The notes below the pieces were generated by a model. That model did no database searches. It had not been told where the DNA came from and was given only the letters and a program-made list of their open reading frames with translations. Position numbers and translations under genes: made by a program. Below are positions 20,975 to 29,727 of a stretch of 41,353 nucleotides of DNA, one piece after another (positions within the stretch are counted from its first letter, which is position 1; each line of letters starts with the position of its first letter). Location of the stretch: assembly GCA_964452145.1 (NCBI GenBank), contig CAYVLA010000017.1:1-41353 (forward strand), in the 5' to 3' direction. This stretch comes from Candidatus Hadarchaeota archaeon (GTDB taxonomy: Archaea; CAYQAE01; CAYVLA01).

Positions 20975-21154
20975 ATGTCGGGGTCCAGACGCTCGAGGCA
21001 GGAAGGAAGGATGCCGCCCACGGGCGCTGGATTGATGCGCTTCTTCGACGAAGAGGCCCGGGGAATTAAGCTCAGTCCCCAGATAGTCATAGCTTCCTGC
21101 ATCGTGATAGCGTTCCTGATATCGTTGCTCCACCTCTTCAGGCCCGCCGGGTAG
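20975..21154 (+). CDS. secG: Preprotein translocase subunit Sec61beta (SecG)
   Basis: 59 aa (below the ORF-track cutoff): MSGSRRSRQEGRMPPTGAGLMRFFDEEARGIKLSPQIVIASCIVIAFLISLLHLFRPAG; AGL.RFF.E..IKLSP motif plus one TM. Confidence 0.9.
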   Translation: MSGSRRSRQEGRMPPTGAGLMRFFDEEARGIKLSPQIVIASCIVIAFLISLLHLFRPAG

Positions 21155-21155
21155 T

Positions 21156-21788
21156 CTAGTAGGTCTTCCTCAGACCCCGGGCGTCGAGCTCCTCGTTCAC
21201 GATGGACCGGATGGCCTTCTCCACGTCCTCCATCCCCTTGATGTCGTCCCTCAAGGCCCGGATCATGTTCTCCAACTCCTCCATAACGCCCACATAATCC
21301 CTGGCGATCTTGAGCTTGCCCTCCTGTTCGATGACCGTTTCCTTGAGGGTCACGTACTCCTCCTCCATCCTGGAGAGCTTGCCAGCCTTCTCCCTGGCCA
21401 GCTCAAGGTCCTGCACAAGGCGCTTGTTCTCCTCAACCTTCGCGTAGTACTCCTGTCGCAGGCTCTCCATATCCCGGGCGAGGTGTGCGTGCTTCTGGGC
21501 CATGGAGAGGAGTTCCTCGATCTCGCTCAGCTGGGGTATCTTGCCATAGCTGATAATGACGCAGTCCTTGCCCACGCTCAAGATGTCCCTGGGTGCGAGA
21601 TACTTCGTCTTCTTGCCGACGTAGGTGGACCTCCGGTAGTACTCGCCCGGCGGGGCGATGGTTACCTTGAAGGTGATCTGTCCCTCCTTGATCTGAGGCT
21701 CGACCGCCTCTATGGTGCCGAGAAGGGAGCCCTCTATTTCGACAGCCATCTTGCCAGCCAGTTTGGCTGGGAACTCCTCGGTCATCAC
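21156..21788 (-). CDS. PRC-barrel + coiled-coil protein (CdvA-like architecture)
   Basis: N-terminal PRC-like pattern (LAGKMAVEIEGSLLGTI...DILSVGKDCVII) followed by about 120 aa heptad-rich helix. Confidence 0.75.
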   Translation of the reverse strand: MMTEEFPAKLAGKMAVEIEGSLLGTIEAVEPQIKEGQITFKVTIAPPGEYYRRSTYVGKKTKYLAPRDILSVGKDCVIISYGKIPQLSEIEELLSMAQKHAHLARDMESLRQEYYAKVEENKRLVQDLELAREKAGKLSRMEEEYVTLKETVIEQEGKLKIARDYVGVMEELENMIRALRDDIKGMEDVEKAIRSIVNEELDARGLRKTY

Positions 21789-21930
21789 TACGCCGCCTGT
21801 AGTTGTCTGCGAACTGTTGATATTTCTTTACATTCAGCATCGCATCGGGCAACCCGACAGCGGGCTCCAAGCAGCGCCTTCGATTTGGGAATCTGCAGAC
21901 ATATTTCAGGCTTCCCGCGAAGCCCGCCCC

Positions 21931-22638
21931 ATGGTTGCCGCACAGGTCGGATTTGGGGCATCCTTCGTTGCGGGCCTCTTCTCCTTCCTCTCGCCGTGCG
22001 TCCTGCCTCTGGTTCCAGCCTACCTCTCCATCGTTACCGGGGCAACGCTGCACGATCTGGAGGCCGGCGCCCCGTCGCCGAGGCGCACCCTGCTGCCGTG
22101 TCTCCTCTTTGTCCTCGGCTTCTCGGCAGTCTTCATCCTGATGGGGGCCAGCGCGTCCGCGGCTGGGAGGTTCCTGTTGGAGTACAGGAGGCCCCTCAAC
22201 GTGGTCTTCGGCACAGTCGTTGTGATCATGGGGCTCGTCACTGCAGGGGTGGTAAAGATCCAGACCCTGTACAGGGAGAAGAGGTTCCACCCTAGGAGGG
22301 ATCTGCTCTCGCCGATGGGGCCCCTGGCCCTCGCCATTACGGGTGCCGCGTTCGCACTTGGGTGGACCCCCTGCGTCGGGCCCATACTGTCGTCCATACT
22401 CCTCATGGCTGCTGCCAGCCAGTCCGTCTACTCGGGGATGGCCCTTCTTACATTCTACTCGTTGGGCCTCGGCATCCCCTTCATCGTTGCAGGCCTGTTC
22501 TTCAACAGGGCCATCTCGTTTCTAGGCTGGTTCAAGCGGAACCAAAGAAAGGCCAACGCGGGCGCGGGGGCGCTGTTGGTAGCGATGGGGATCATCCTGA
22601 TGCTGGATTCCTACGGCTGGTTGCTAACGTTTCTGTGA
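21931..22638 (+). CDS. ccdA: Cytochrome c biogenesis / thiol-disulfide transporter CcdA
   Basis: SFLSPCVLPLVPAY and WTPCVGPIL motifs, about 6 TM. Confidence 0.92.
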   Translation: MVAAQVGFGASFVAGLFSFLSPCVLPLVPAYLSIVTGATLHDLEAGAPSPRRTLLPCLLFVLGFSAVFILMGASASAAGRFLLEYRRPLNVVFGTVVVIMGLVTAGVVKIQTLYREKRFHPRRDLLSPMGPLALAITGAAFALGWTPCVGPILSSILLMAAASQSVYSGMALLTFYSLGLGIPFIVAGLFFNRAISFLGWFKRNQRKANAGAGALLVAMGIILMLDSYGWLLTFL

Positions 22639-23820
22639 CGATGACCGACGCAGCATACGGGTCACGTGGTCCAGAAGGCAATCGATATGGTCGGAGCGAT
22701 TGAAGAAATGACAAGATGCTCGGAGGCCGCCCATCCTCGGGGAAACCAAGATGCCTTCCCTGACGAGTTTCTCTGCCAGCGCTCTGTTCCTCCGGGGCGG
22801 TCCGGCTAGAAAGGTCACTATGCCGGCCCTTTGGGAACGTTCCAGCGGGGTCAGGACGGGGAGACCGGCTCCTTGAAGCTGGGATATCAGCCTTTCCACC
22901 AACCTCCTCGATCTCGACTCGATGCTGTGAGCGCCCACCTCCAGCAGATACTCCATCGACGTTGCCAGACCCAGGAAGAGCACCTCGCTGGGCGACCCGA
23001 ACTCGAAGCGGTTTGCCTTCGGAGAAAGCGGGTACCTCGTTGGGCTATGCCAGCCCGTCCGGGCCACCGCATCGAACATCCGACGGTAGAGCTCGGGCGA
23101 TACGCTTTCGAATCCTACATATGCGGGATTGATATGGGGCACGAGGTCCTCCCTCACGTACATGACGCCGGTGCCGGACGGACCGCAGAGCCACTTGTAG
23201 CCACATGAAGACAGGGCGTCTATTCCGAGCTTGGAGACCCGAATGTTCAGAAGCCCCAGAGACTGGGCAGCATCGACGAACAACAAGGCTCCGTTTTTGT
23301 GGGCAATCTCGGAAATGGTCGCAACATCGTTCCTGATCCCGGTGCCGAACTCGACATGGCTTACTGCCACGACCCTGGTCGTCCCATCCGTCGCCTTCGC
23401 TATGGATTCGGCAATCGATTCACCTCTTGCCGTCTTCGCGATTCTGAGCCTGACTCCCAGTCTGCGGAGATTGGACCAAGGCGCCACGTTGGCGGGGTAC
23501 TCGATGTCTGGGACCACCACCGTATCTCCCGGATGCCATCTCATGCCTGAGGCGAAAGCGTTTACTCCATGGGTCGTGTTGTAGACGAGCGCGATCTCCC
23601 CTTTCCTGCATCCGAGAAGGCGCGAGCCCAGCTTCCTGCATCTGCCGGGTGCCTCCTCGCATTTCCTGCTTGTCTCTGCGTCTGCTGTGCTGTGAAGGCC
23701 AATCATTGCTGAGGTCATGGCCTGGATGGCTCTTGAGGGAATGGGGCCGGCAGAGGCAGTGGCGAGGTGAACCACCCTATCTAGAAGGGGGAATTCCCGG
23801 CCTGGACTTGCGTCGCTCAT
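22624..23820 (-). CDS. PLP-dependent class V aminotransferase (cysteine desulfurase/SufS-like fold)
   Basis: NTTHG, EYPAN, VDAAQS.G, YKWLCGP.G.G, RASCHFFN. Confidence 0.88.
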   Translation of the reverse strand: MSDASPGREFPLLDRVVHLATASAGPIPSRAIQAMTSAMIGLHSTADAETSRKCEEAPGRCRKLGSRLLGCRKGEIALVYNTTHGVNAFASGMRWHPGDTVVVPDIEYPANVAPWSNLRRLGVRLRIAKTARGESIAESIAKATDGTTRVVAVSHVEFGTGIRNDVATISEIAHKNGALLFVDAAQSLGLLNIRVSKLGIDALSSCGYKWLCGPSGTGVMYVREDLVPHINPAYVGFESVSPELYRRMFDAVARTGWHSPTRYPLSPKANRFEFGSPSEVLFLGLATSMEYLLEVGAHSIESRSRRLVERLISQLQGAGLPVLTPLERSQRAGIVTFLAGPPRRNRALAEKLVREGILVSPRMGGLRASCHFFNRSDHIDCLLDHVTRMLRRSSSQKR

Positions 23821-23907
23821 GGATGCTGGGGATCTGCCATGCCCTATAGGTCTTTCGTCGGAGGTCGGAGATCTCCCTTAAAAGAAAGGCCTGCGTTGGC
23901 CCGGGAT

Positions 23908-25008
23908 ATGCGTCCGATCGTTACCCATATGGGCGTCTACCCTGTGTGCCACAGGTTCAAGGCGTCTTTCCAGATATCTAGAGGGACGATTGGGGGAGCT
24001 GGCACCCCTGCACACCACGTACTGGTAAGTCTGACGAGCTCGGAGGGGACCGGATGGGGCGAATCGAGACCAAGCCATCTGTGGTCGTACGAAACCCGGG
24101 AGACCGTGACATCGACTCTGGAGGGATACCTAAGACCCTGCATAGAGGGGCACGATCCCTCCGATCTGGAGGGCCTCCATTCCCGAATGGATGCTGTAAT
24201 CGCTCCAGGCATCACGCGAGGGCAGCCGATCGCGAAGTCCGCCATCGACATAGCGGCCCATGACCTCTTCTGCCGGGCCGAAGACGTTTCGATCTACAGA
24301 CATCTGGGCGGAAAAGGCACCCCCAGCGTGAGACTGACCTACCTAATCAGCGCCGCCTCGCCTCAAGAGGCAGCTGAACAGACCCGCGAGGCCGGGAAGA
24401 TGGGGTATCATGGCTTCAAGATCAAGATCGGGAAAGGCCTTGAGAGGGATCTTGAGATAATATCGGCATGCCGGGACCAGGCGAGGAACGCATTCCTTTG
24501 GGCCGACGCGAATCAGGCGTACGATGCTCGGTCTTCCCTCAAACTCGCCAGGGAGGCCTCCCGGTTCGACCTCCATGTCTTGGAGCAACCTCTCAGGGCC
24601 ACGGACAGGCACGAGATCGTGGAGCTGTCAAACGCTGCTCCGGTGGCCATTGCCATAGATGAGTCCGTCTACACCCTTGACGATCTTCGTGACTTCATCT
24701 CATGGGGTTTCAGCGGAGCGGTCGTCATAAAGACGGCCAAATCCGGTGGAATCATGCCTGCCAAGGCCATGATGGAACTGGCCCGGGACCATGGCATGGA
24801 CCTGCTGGGGAGCGGTTTGACGGAGGGAATGGTGGGATTCTCGGCCAGCCTTCAGCTGTTTGCGGCCATGGGCATCGAACACCCGGTTGATCTGAACGGA
24901 CCGCAGTTCATCGAGGACCGATTCTGTGCTGGCCCTAGGCTGGAGGGGGAACGGGCCACGGTCTCAGGACCGGGTCTTGGCGTACGGATCGGCATCGGGA
25001 AGCGGTGA
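23908..25008 (+). CDS. Enolase-superfamily enzyme (muconate cycloisomerase / dipeptide epimerase subgroup)
   Basis: GWGE, AIDIAAHDL, KIKIG, DANQ, EQP, DES, K..KSGG; start 23908 or 23839. Confidence 0.88.
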   Translation: MRPIVTHMGVYPVCHRFKASFQISRGTIGGAGTPAHHVLVSLTSSEGTGWGESRPSHLWSYETRETVTSTLEGYLRPCIEGHDPSDLEGLHSRMDAVIAPGITRGQPIAKSAIDIAAHDLFCRAEDVSIYRHLGGKGTPSVRLTYLISAASPQEAAEQTREAGKMGYHGFKIKIGKGLERDLEIISACRDQARNAFLWADANQAYDARSSLKLAREASRFDLHVLEQPLRATDRHEIVELSNAAPVAIAIDESVYTLDDLRDFISWGFSGAVVIKTAKSGGIMPAKAMMELARDHGMDLLGSGLTEGMVGFSASLQLFAAMGIEHPVDLNGPQFIEDRFCAGPRLEGERATVSGPGLGVRIGIGKR

Positions 25009-25261
25009 GATGGATACGGGCGGCGGCAAGCCTTCGGGACATCGTAGTTCGTGTTCAGTGAAGAGTTCCACAACCCGAAGCCGAGGGCAAACGCCACCGC
25101 AGATGGACGACATGTCGATACGTTTATTAATGTTTCGCATTTACAACAATCATGTTGCATTTTATGGATCTGAAACGTCTTGATCCTGAAATATATGCAT
25201 CAGACTACTAAGACCTAGCCCTACCCCAAGAGATAATAGGGACCGGCCCAGTCGCCTGGGC

Positions 25262-25885
25262 ATGGCCCCCCAACCCGAGATCTCCCCCATTGATGCGATA
25301 TCCAGATCGATCGCGACCTGCAACCGCTGTCGGTTGTGCTCAACCCGCACCAATGCCGTCCCGGGGGAGGGACCGAGCTCCTGGATGATGCTGGTGGGGG
25401 AGGCACCCGGAGCAAGGGAAGACCGGGAGGGAAGGCCGTTCGTCGGAGCGGCGGGCGATCTACTGGACGAGCTGTTATCCGCCGCAGGCATCGCACGCAA
25501 GGACATCTACATCACCAATGCCGTGAAATGCCGACCTCCGTTCAACCGGATGCCAACCAAGGCCGAGATCATCGCTTGTCGACCCCATCTCGAGGCCCAG
25601 ATCTGCTCCCTCCGCCCGAAACTGATATGCACGCTGGGAGCAGTCGCCCTAAGATCCGTGCTGTCCCAGGGGCAGATCATGAAGTCAAGGGGTGAACCCA
25701 TCTACAGGAACGGCATCCTCCACCTCCCAACTCTCCACCCGGCAGCAGCCCTCCACAATCCGAAGCTCAGGAGGGTCCTGTTCGAGGATTTCCGTTTGCT
25801 AGGCAGGATGATCAGCGCCGGGCCCGACGGCCTGGATTCGCAGCTGGCTTCGGCCAGAGGCATCAGAACCCTTGATCTCTTCTGA
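25262..25885 (+). CDS. udg: Uracil-DNA glycosylase family 4 (Fe-S)
   Basis: CNRCRL, GEAPG..ED..GRPFVG.AG, NAVKCRPP.NR, HPAA. Confidence 0.93.
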   Translation: MAPQPEISPIDAISRSIATCNRCRLCSTRTNAVPGEGPSSWMMLVGEAPGAREDREGRPFVGAAGDLLDELLSAAGIARKDIYITNAVKCRPPFNRMPTKAEIIACRPHLEAQICSLRPKLICTLGAVALRSVLSQGQIMKSRGEPIYRNGILHLPTLHPAAALHNPKLRRVLFEDFRLLGRMISAGPDGLDSQLASARGIRTLDLF

Positions 25886-25889
25886 GCTT

Positions 25890-26213
25890 CTATGCCGCGC
25901 GCACGTAGAGGGTGAGATCCTTCTCATCTATGACCACGACCCTGGAGCCCTTGGCCAGCGTATCGCCCACGGCAACCGCCCGCCATATCTCGCCCCTTAT
26001 CTCGACCTGCCCTTGAGGGTCGAGGTCGGACACCGTCTTCCCGGCCTGGCCGATCAGGCCCTCCCTCCCCGTGGTTGGCCTGGTCCGGTGCGACTGCAGA
26101 GCCTTCCACGCTCCGAACAGGAGGAAGACGACGACCGCCGCGGTAACGACCATTACGGCAGTGTCCACGTCCTCGAACTGAAAGAGCAGAAAGGTGGCGG
26201 TGAGACCAGACAT
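25890..26213 (-). CDS. Short NfeD-like protein (TM + OB fold)
   Basis: TM helix then TTGREGLIG..G......P.GQV.IRGEIWRA; ATG at 26213. Confidence 0.85.
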   Translation of the reverse strand: MSGLTATFLLFQFEDVDTAVMVVTAAVVVFLLFGAWKALQSHRTRPTTGREGLIGQAGKTVSDLDPQGQVEIRGEIWRAVAVGDTLAKGSRVVVIDEKDLTLYVRAA

Positions 26214-26274
26214 GCCTACGGATTGGGTTGATCTGCATTTATATCTCATGCGAAGAGGGCTGTCGAGAGGCGAG

Positions 26275-26700
26275 ATGAGCCTGGATATGGTCTTGCTGGC
26301 GATCGTCGCCGTCTTCGTCCTATCTCTGATAGCATCCGTTGCATTGGTACGTGGAACCGGGGCTGGAAGGCTTGTCAGAGCCGAGCTGGCAGATCTACTG
26401 AGGAGTGAATATCGACCCGGAGCCCTCTTTGAGACCATCGCAGAAGTCAGGATTGCCGAGACCAAGGGGCTTGATCTTCCCCCGACCATATTCCTCGCCG
26501 GGAAGGGTGCAAGAATCCAGGCCACGGCATCGTCAGCGGTCCTGACGCAGTGGGGACTCGAAGGTGCCTCACTCCTGCCCCTAGTACCCGGAGAAGGCCA
26601 GATCGCATGGAGGAGCCTGGGCAACCACATCGTGATAGGCACTCTCGAGGAACTGCCGGTGAGGCATCTAAGGATACTGGCGATGTCCAAGACGGCCTAG
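26275..26700 (+). CDS. Hypothetical protein with N-terminal membrane anchor
   Basis: Hydrophobic N-terminal helix; TTTATAT box at about 26238; fills the gap between flanking genes. Confidence 0.55.
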   Translation: MSLDMVLLAIVAVFVLSLIASVALVRGTGAGRLVRAELADLLRSEYRPGALFETIAEVRIAETKGLDLPPTIFLAGKGARIQATASSAVLTQWGLEGASLLPLVPGEGQIAWRSLGNHIVIGTLEELPVRHLRILAMSKTA

Positions 26701-28922
26701 GCCACTGGCTTCAGAGGTTCCTCTTCGGGCGGCTTGGGGGGGTTCTTTATGAGAAGGTACCACGCAAGGAATACGCCAGAGAAGAAGATGGGGAACATCA
26801 GAAGCTGGGCCCATGGCAGGACCAAACCGCGAGAACTCCTTATCTCAAAGGTCCTCTCCTGGCCCGGATCCAGATCGGCCCAGACGAATACGGCCCCGTA
26901 CTTGTTCTCCACCGGGTCCTTCAAGGCCCAGTTGGTGCCCTCCTCAAGCTTTTGACCGCCCTCCCTGATCGACTTGATCCTCATGGGCCTGGAGACATAT
27001 CGGTACTCCATCTTGCTCTGGTCGTCCAGCCTGACCTTCACCGTGAAGCCCTCGATCCTGTTCTCGCCGTTGTTTCTCACCGTCACGAAAACCGTGTCGC
27101 CCTTGTCCTCGGAGGTCGCCGAGATGGAGACCTTGCTCCTGTCCATGAAGTACCTGCCGATGTCCTCCACCGTGGTCCACCAGACATCGTCGTAATCCTG
27201 CCTTATCTCCTGAATATGCGCCTCGAACCTTGACATGGTGATCGGCAGATTGTACACGCCCCAGGGCATGAGCCTGGTCACCAGCGCGCCTGCCCGCTTG
27301 TAGACGTCCACCCAGTAGTAGAGATCGGTTGCCTCGGTCGTCGCATCGAAGCAGAAGTTGTTCTCGATGACCGCGGCGGTGGGCACCCATCCCTCGGATG
27401 TCTCTTCGTAGGCGCCGTTCAGGTAGAAGGGATATATCGAGCCGTACAGGTCGTAGGGGAAATCCGTCTTGTATATGCCTCCCACCATGACCTCGAAGCC
27501 GGCATTGTAAGCCGCCATGTATGCGTCATCGCTTATCAGGACCTCCTCGGGGACGAAGCTGAAGATGTAAGTGGGCGAATCCACACCGAATACGGAGGCC
27601 ATGGCCTCTCTGCCCTGCCGCAGGTTGTCGGCCGCCCTCTTCATGTTCGTTTTCGCATACTTCCCATAATCCACATAGTCGAAGGCCCCTAAGGCGAGCC
27701 TGTTGCCTGCCTCGGCACGTTCCTTCAAGGCCTGCTGTCCGGCGATCCAGTAGGTCAGGTTATACCCCGCGTCCCACCCAATGGTGGCGTTGTTCCGGAA
27801 GATCACCGATGCGGTGTACTTGAGCCCCAGCCTCTCGACCATATCCTCGACGATCTTGTACTTCGCTATCAGCTCATCCGCACCTGCAGGCAGCGTCACG
27901 TTCACGTTGTAGCCCGGAGGCGGGTAGTCGTAGTACCCGTCCATGATGACGGCGTATGCGAACCAGTTGCCGTGCGGAAAGAGCCACTTGGATGCAAGCA
28001 CGCCGTTCTGGGAGGCCCACTCGATCGCCCTGCCCACAAGGAATGACATGCTGTAATCCCTCTCCACGTAGAAGTAGCTGGCCTTGTTGTACACGTAGAA
28101 GGGTCGGGCGAACCAGACGATCCGGCCGGTCCCGTACCCCTTCGCAATTATCTCGGGCGCCAGGGTGCCCTTCTCCACCCCCGTGGGGGCCTCCCCTGTC
28201 TGTTTGACCAGGTTGGATATCGCGTATCTGGTATCCTTCCTCTTCTCTATCCTTATGCCGTGTGCGTAGCTTTCGGGGGTCCTCTGCTGTCGGGCGAGAT
28301 TGTGGGTGACGTGCTCGATGGGAGCATAGAACATCCTTGTTATGTAGTGCAGATCGTTGGTGACCGAGAACTCCCCCACGATCTGCTGGTCCTTCCAGCC
28401 CTGAGAAGGTCGATCCTGAAGCCTGAGAGCTGCCCGGATGTACATGGACGAGATCGTGTGCATGACGAGGCCGAGCCCATCTTCCTCGATAGCTGCGAGG
28501 ACGATGTCGTCCTTGTCCAGTTCATCGAGTCGGTTCCCGTTGTCCACGATAACCGAGTATCGAAGCTGGTCGCCGTCGTAGAGCGTGTCCCGAGTCAGGG
28601 CGGTCGCCTCAATCTCGTCGTAGGGAAACCCCCACATGTCAAGCAGCCAACGGGTGAGATTGTTGAACTGCCTGGCCTGATCGGCCGTCCAGTACTGCTC
28701 GGTTCCTGCGCCGGTTTCGGGTATCTTCAGCACAAGCACCTTCAGATTCGACTTGGTAGTGGATAGCTTCGCCGTGGCAGGTGGAACAAGGGCCGCTGCG
28801 AAGTTCAGCACGATCATCAGGGAGAGAATCGAACTCGTGAGCCTCCTCAAGCAGGTGCACCTCCGATCGAAATAGGACCGATCACTAGGGCGTCCGGACG
28901 ACCGCCGCGGAGAGTGATACAC
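26697..28922 (-). CDS. Large secreted, C-terminally anchored protein; possible polysaccharide deacetylase/glycoside-hydrolase-like barrel
   Basis: Signal-like helix (ILSLMIVLNFAAALV), G.GRIVWF, IMDG.D, VWWTT..D...Y, C-terminal TM; true start probably near 28840. Confidence 0.7.
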   Translation of the reverse strand: MYHSPRRSSGRPSDRSYFDRRCTCLRRLTSSILSLMIVLNFAAALVPPATAKLSTTKSNLKVLVLKIPETGAGTEQYWTADQARQFNNLTRWLLDMWGFPYDEIEATALTRDTLYDGDQLRYSVIVDNGNRLDELDKDDIVLAAIEEDGLGLVMHTISSMYIRAALRLQDRPSQGWKDQQIVGEFSVTNDLHYITRMFYAPIEHVTHNLARQQRTPESYAHGIRIEKRKDTRYAISNLVKQTGEAPTGVEKGTLAPEIIAKGYGTGRIVWFARPFYVYNKASYFYVERDYSMSFLVGRAIEWASQNGVLASKWLFPHGNWFAYAVIMDGYYDYPPPGYNVNVTLPAGADELIAKYKIVEDMVERLGLKYTASVIFRNNATIGWDAGYNLTYWIAGQQALKERAEAGNRLALGAFDYVDYGKYAKTNMKRAADNLRQGREAMASVFGVDSPTYIFSFVPEEVLISDDAYMAAYNAGFEVMVGGIYKTDFPYDLYGSIYPFYLNGAYEETSEGWVPTAAVIENNFCFDATTEATDLYYWVDVYKRAGALVTRLMPWGVYNLPITMSRFEAHIQEIRQDYDDVWWTTVEDIGRYFMDRSKVSISATSEDKGDTVFVTVRNNGENRIEGFTVKVRLDDQSKMEYRYVSRPMRIKSIREGGQKLEEGTNWALKDPVENKYGAVFVWADLDPGQERTFEIRSSRGLVLPWAQLLMFPIFFSGVFLAWYLLIKNPPKPPEEEPLKPVA

Positions 28923-29031
28923 TTAATAAATGTTTCATGCAGGCTCCTACCCGCGGTTTTTTGGTAAAAGGAGCGTCTTCCGGCGCTATTACGGCAAAAT
29001 TGGCTCTCCTAGGGCTTCAAAAGGGATATGG

Positions 29032-29727
29032 ATGAAGGTTGATGCGCATATTCACTCAAGCTACAGCCGTGAAGGCAGCCCCAAGACCTGCAGCCCGGAG
29101 CTGATCGTGACGGCCGCTAGAAGGGCGGGAATGGACGGGATCTGCATCACCGATCACGACACGATGCAGGGATACAGAGCCGCCCTGCGCATCCAGAGGC
29201 CCGGCGACCCTTTCATTCTGCCGGGCTGCGAGGTATCCACCAACAGGGGTCATCTGCTGGTGCTCGGAGTCGAATGCGAGATGAAAGAGGGGGTTGACGC
29301 TCATGAGCTGGTGGACTGGGCACGCTCGGAGGGCGGCGTTGTGTCGGCCCCCCATCCATTCTACATCTCGACCATATCGACCAGCTGGCTGGCCCGTGAA
29401 CTCAGCCTTGCGGTGGAGACGTACAATGCCATGGCATCCATACTCATCTATCCCAACCCGGTGGCCAGGAAGTTCGCCCGAAAGTACCGGCTTCCCGTGA
29501 CGGGGGGAAGCGATGCCCACTCCTACGAGATGGTGGGCATGGGAGTCACGGAGAGCCAGAGTGATACGCCGGATGGCTTCATGGCGGACTTGGCCCATGG
29601 GCACACTACCGCGGGAGGCAGGAGGCCCCCCGTTGGCTTCTCCATCGAATTCGGCCTCAGGTCGGCCTACGGGATCATGGCCAAGCGCGTCAAACCTAGA
29701 GCGCCTTGGACATGTAGGAATCCCTGA
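29032..29727 (+). CDS. PHP-domain metal-dependent phosphoesterase
   Basis: DAHIHS, ITDHD, GCEVST..GH, PHP, GGSDAH. Confidence 0.9.
   Translation: MKVDAHIHSSYSREGSPKTCSPELIVTAARRAGMDGICITDHDTMQGYRAALRIQRPGDPFILPGCEVSTNRGHLLVLGVECEMKEGVDAHELVDWARSEGGVVSAPHPFYISTISTSWLARELSLAVETYNAMASILIYPNPVARKFARKYRLPVTGGSDAHSYEMVGMGVTESQSDTPDGFMADLAHGHTTAGGRRPPVGFSIEFGLRSAYGIMAKRVKPRAPWTCRNP

Noticed and set aside
25890..26690. 266-aa ORF as a long NfeD
   Set aside because: The N-terminal part is antisense to the 26275-26700 gene; only the last 107 aa are NfeD-like
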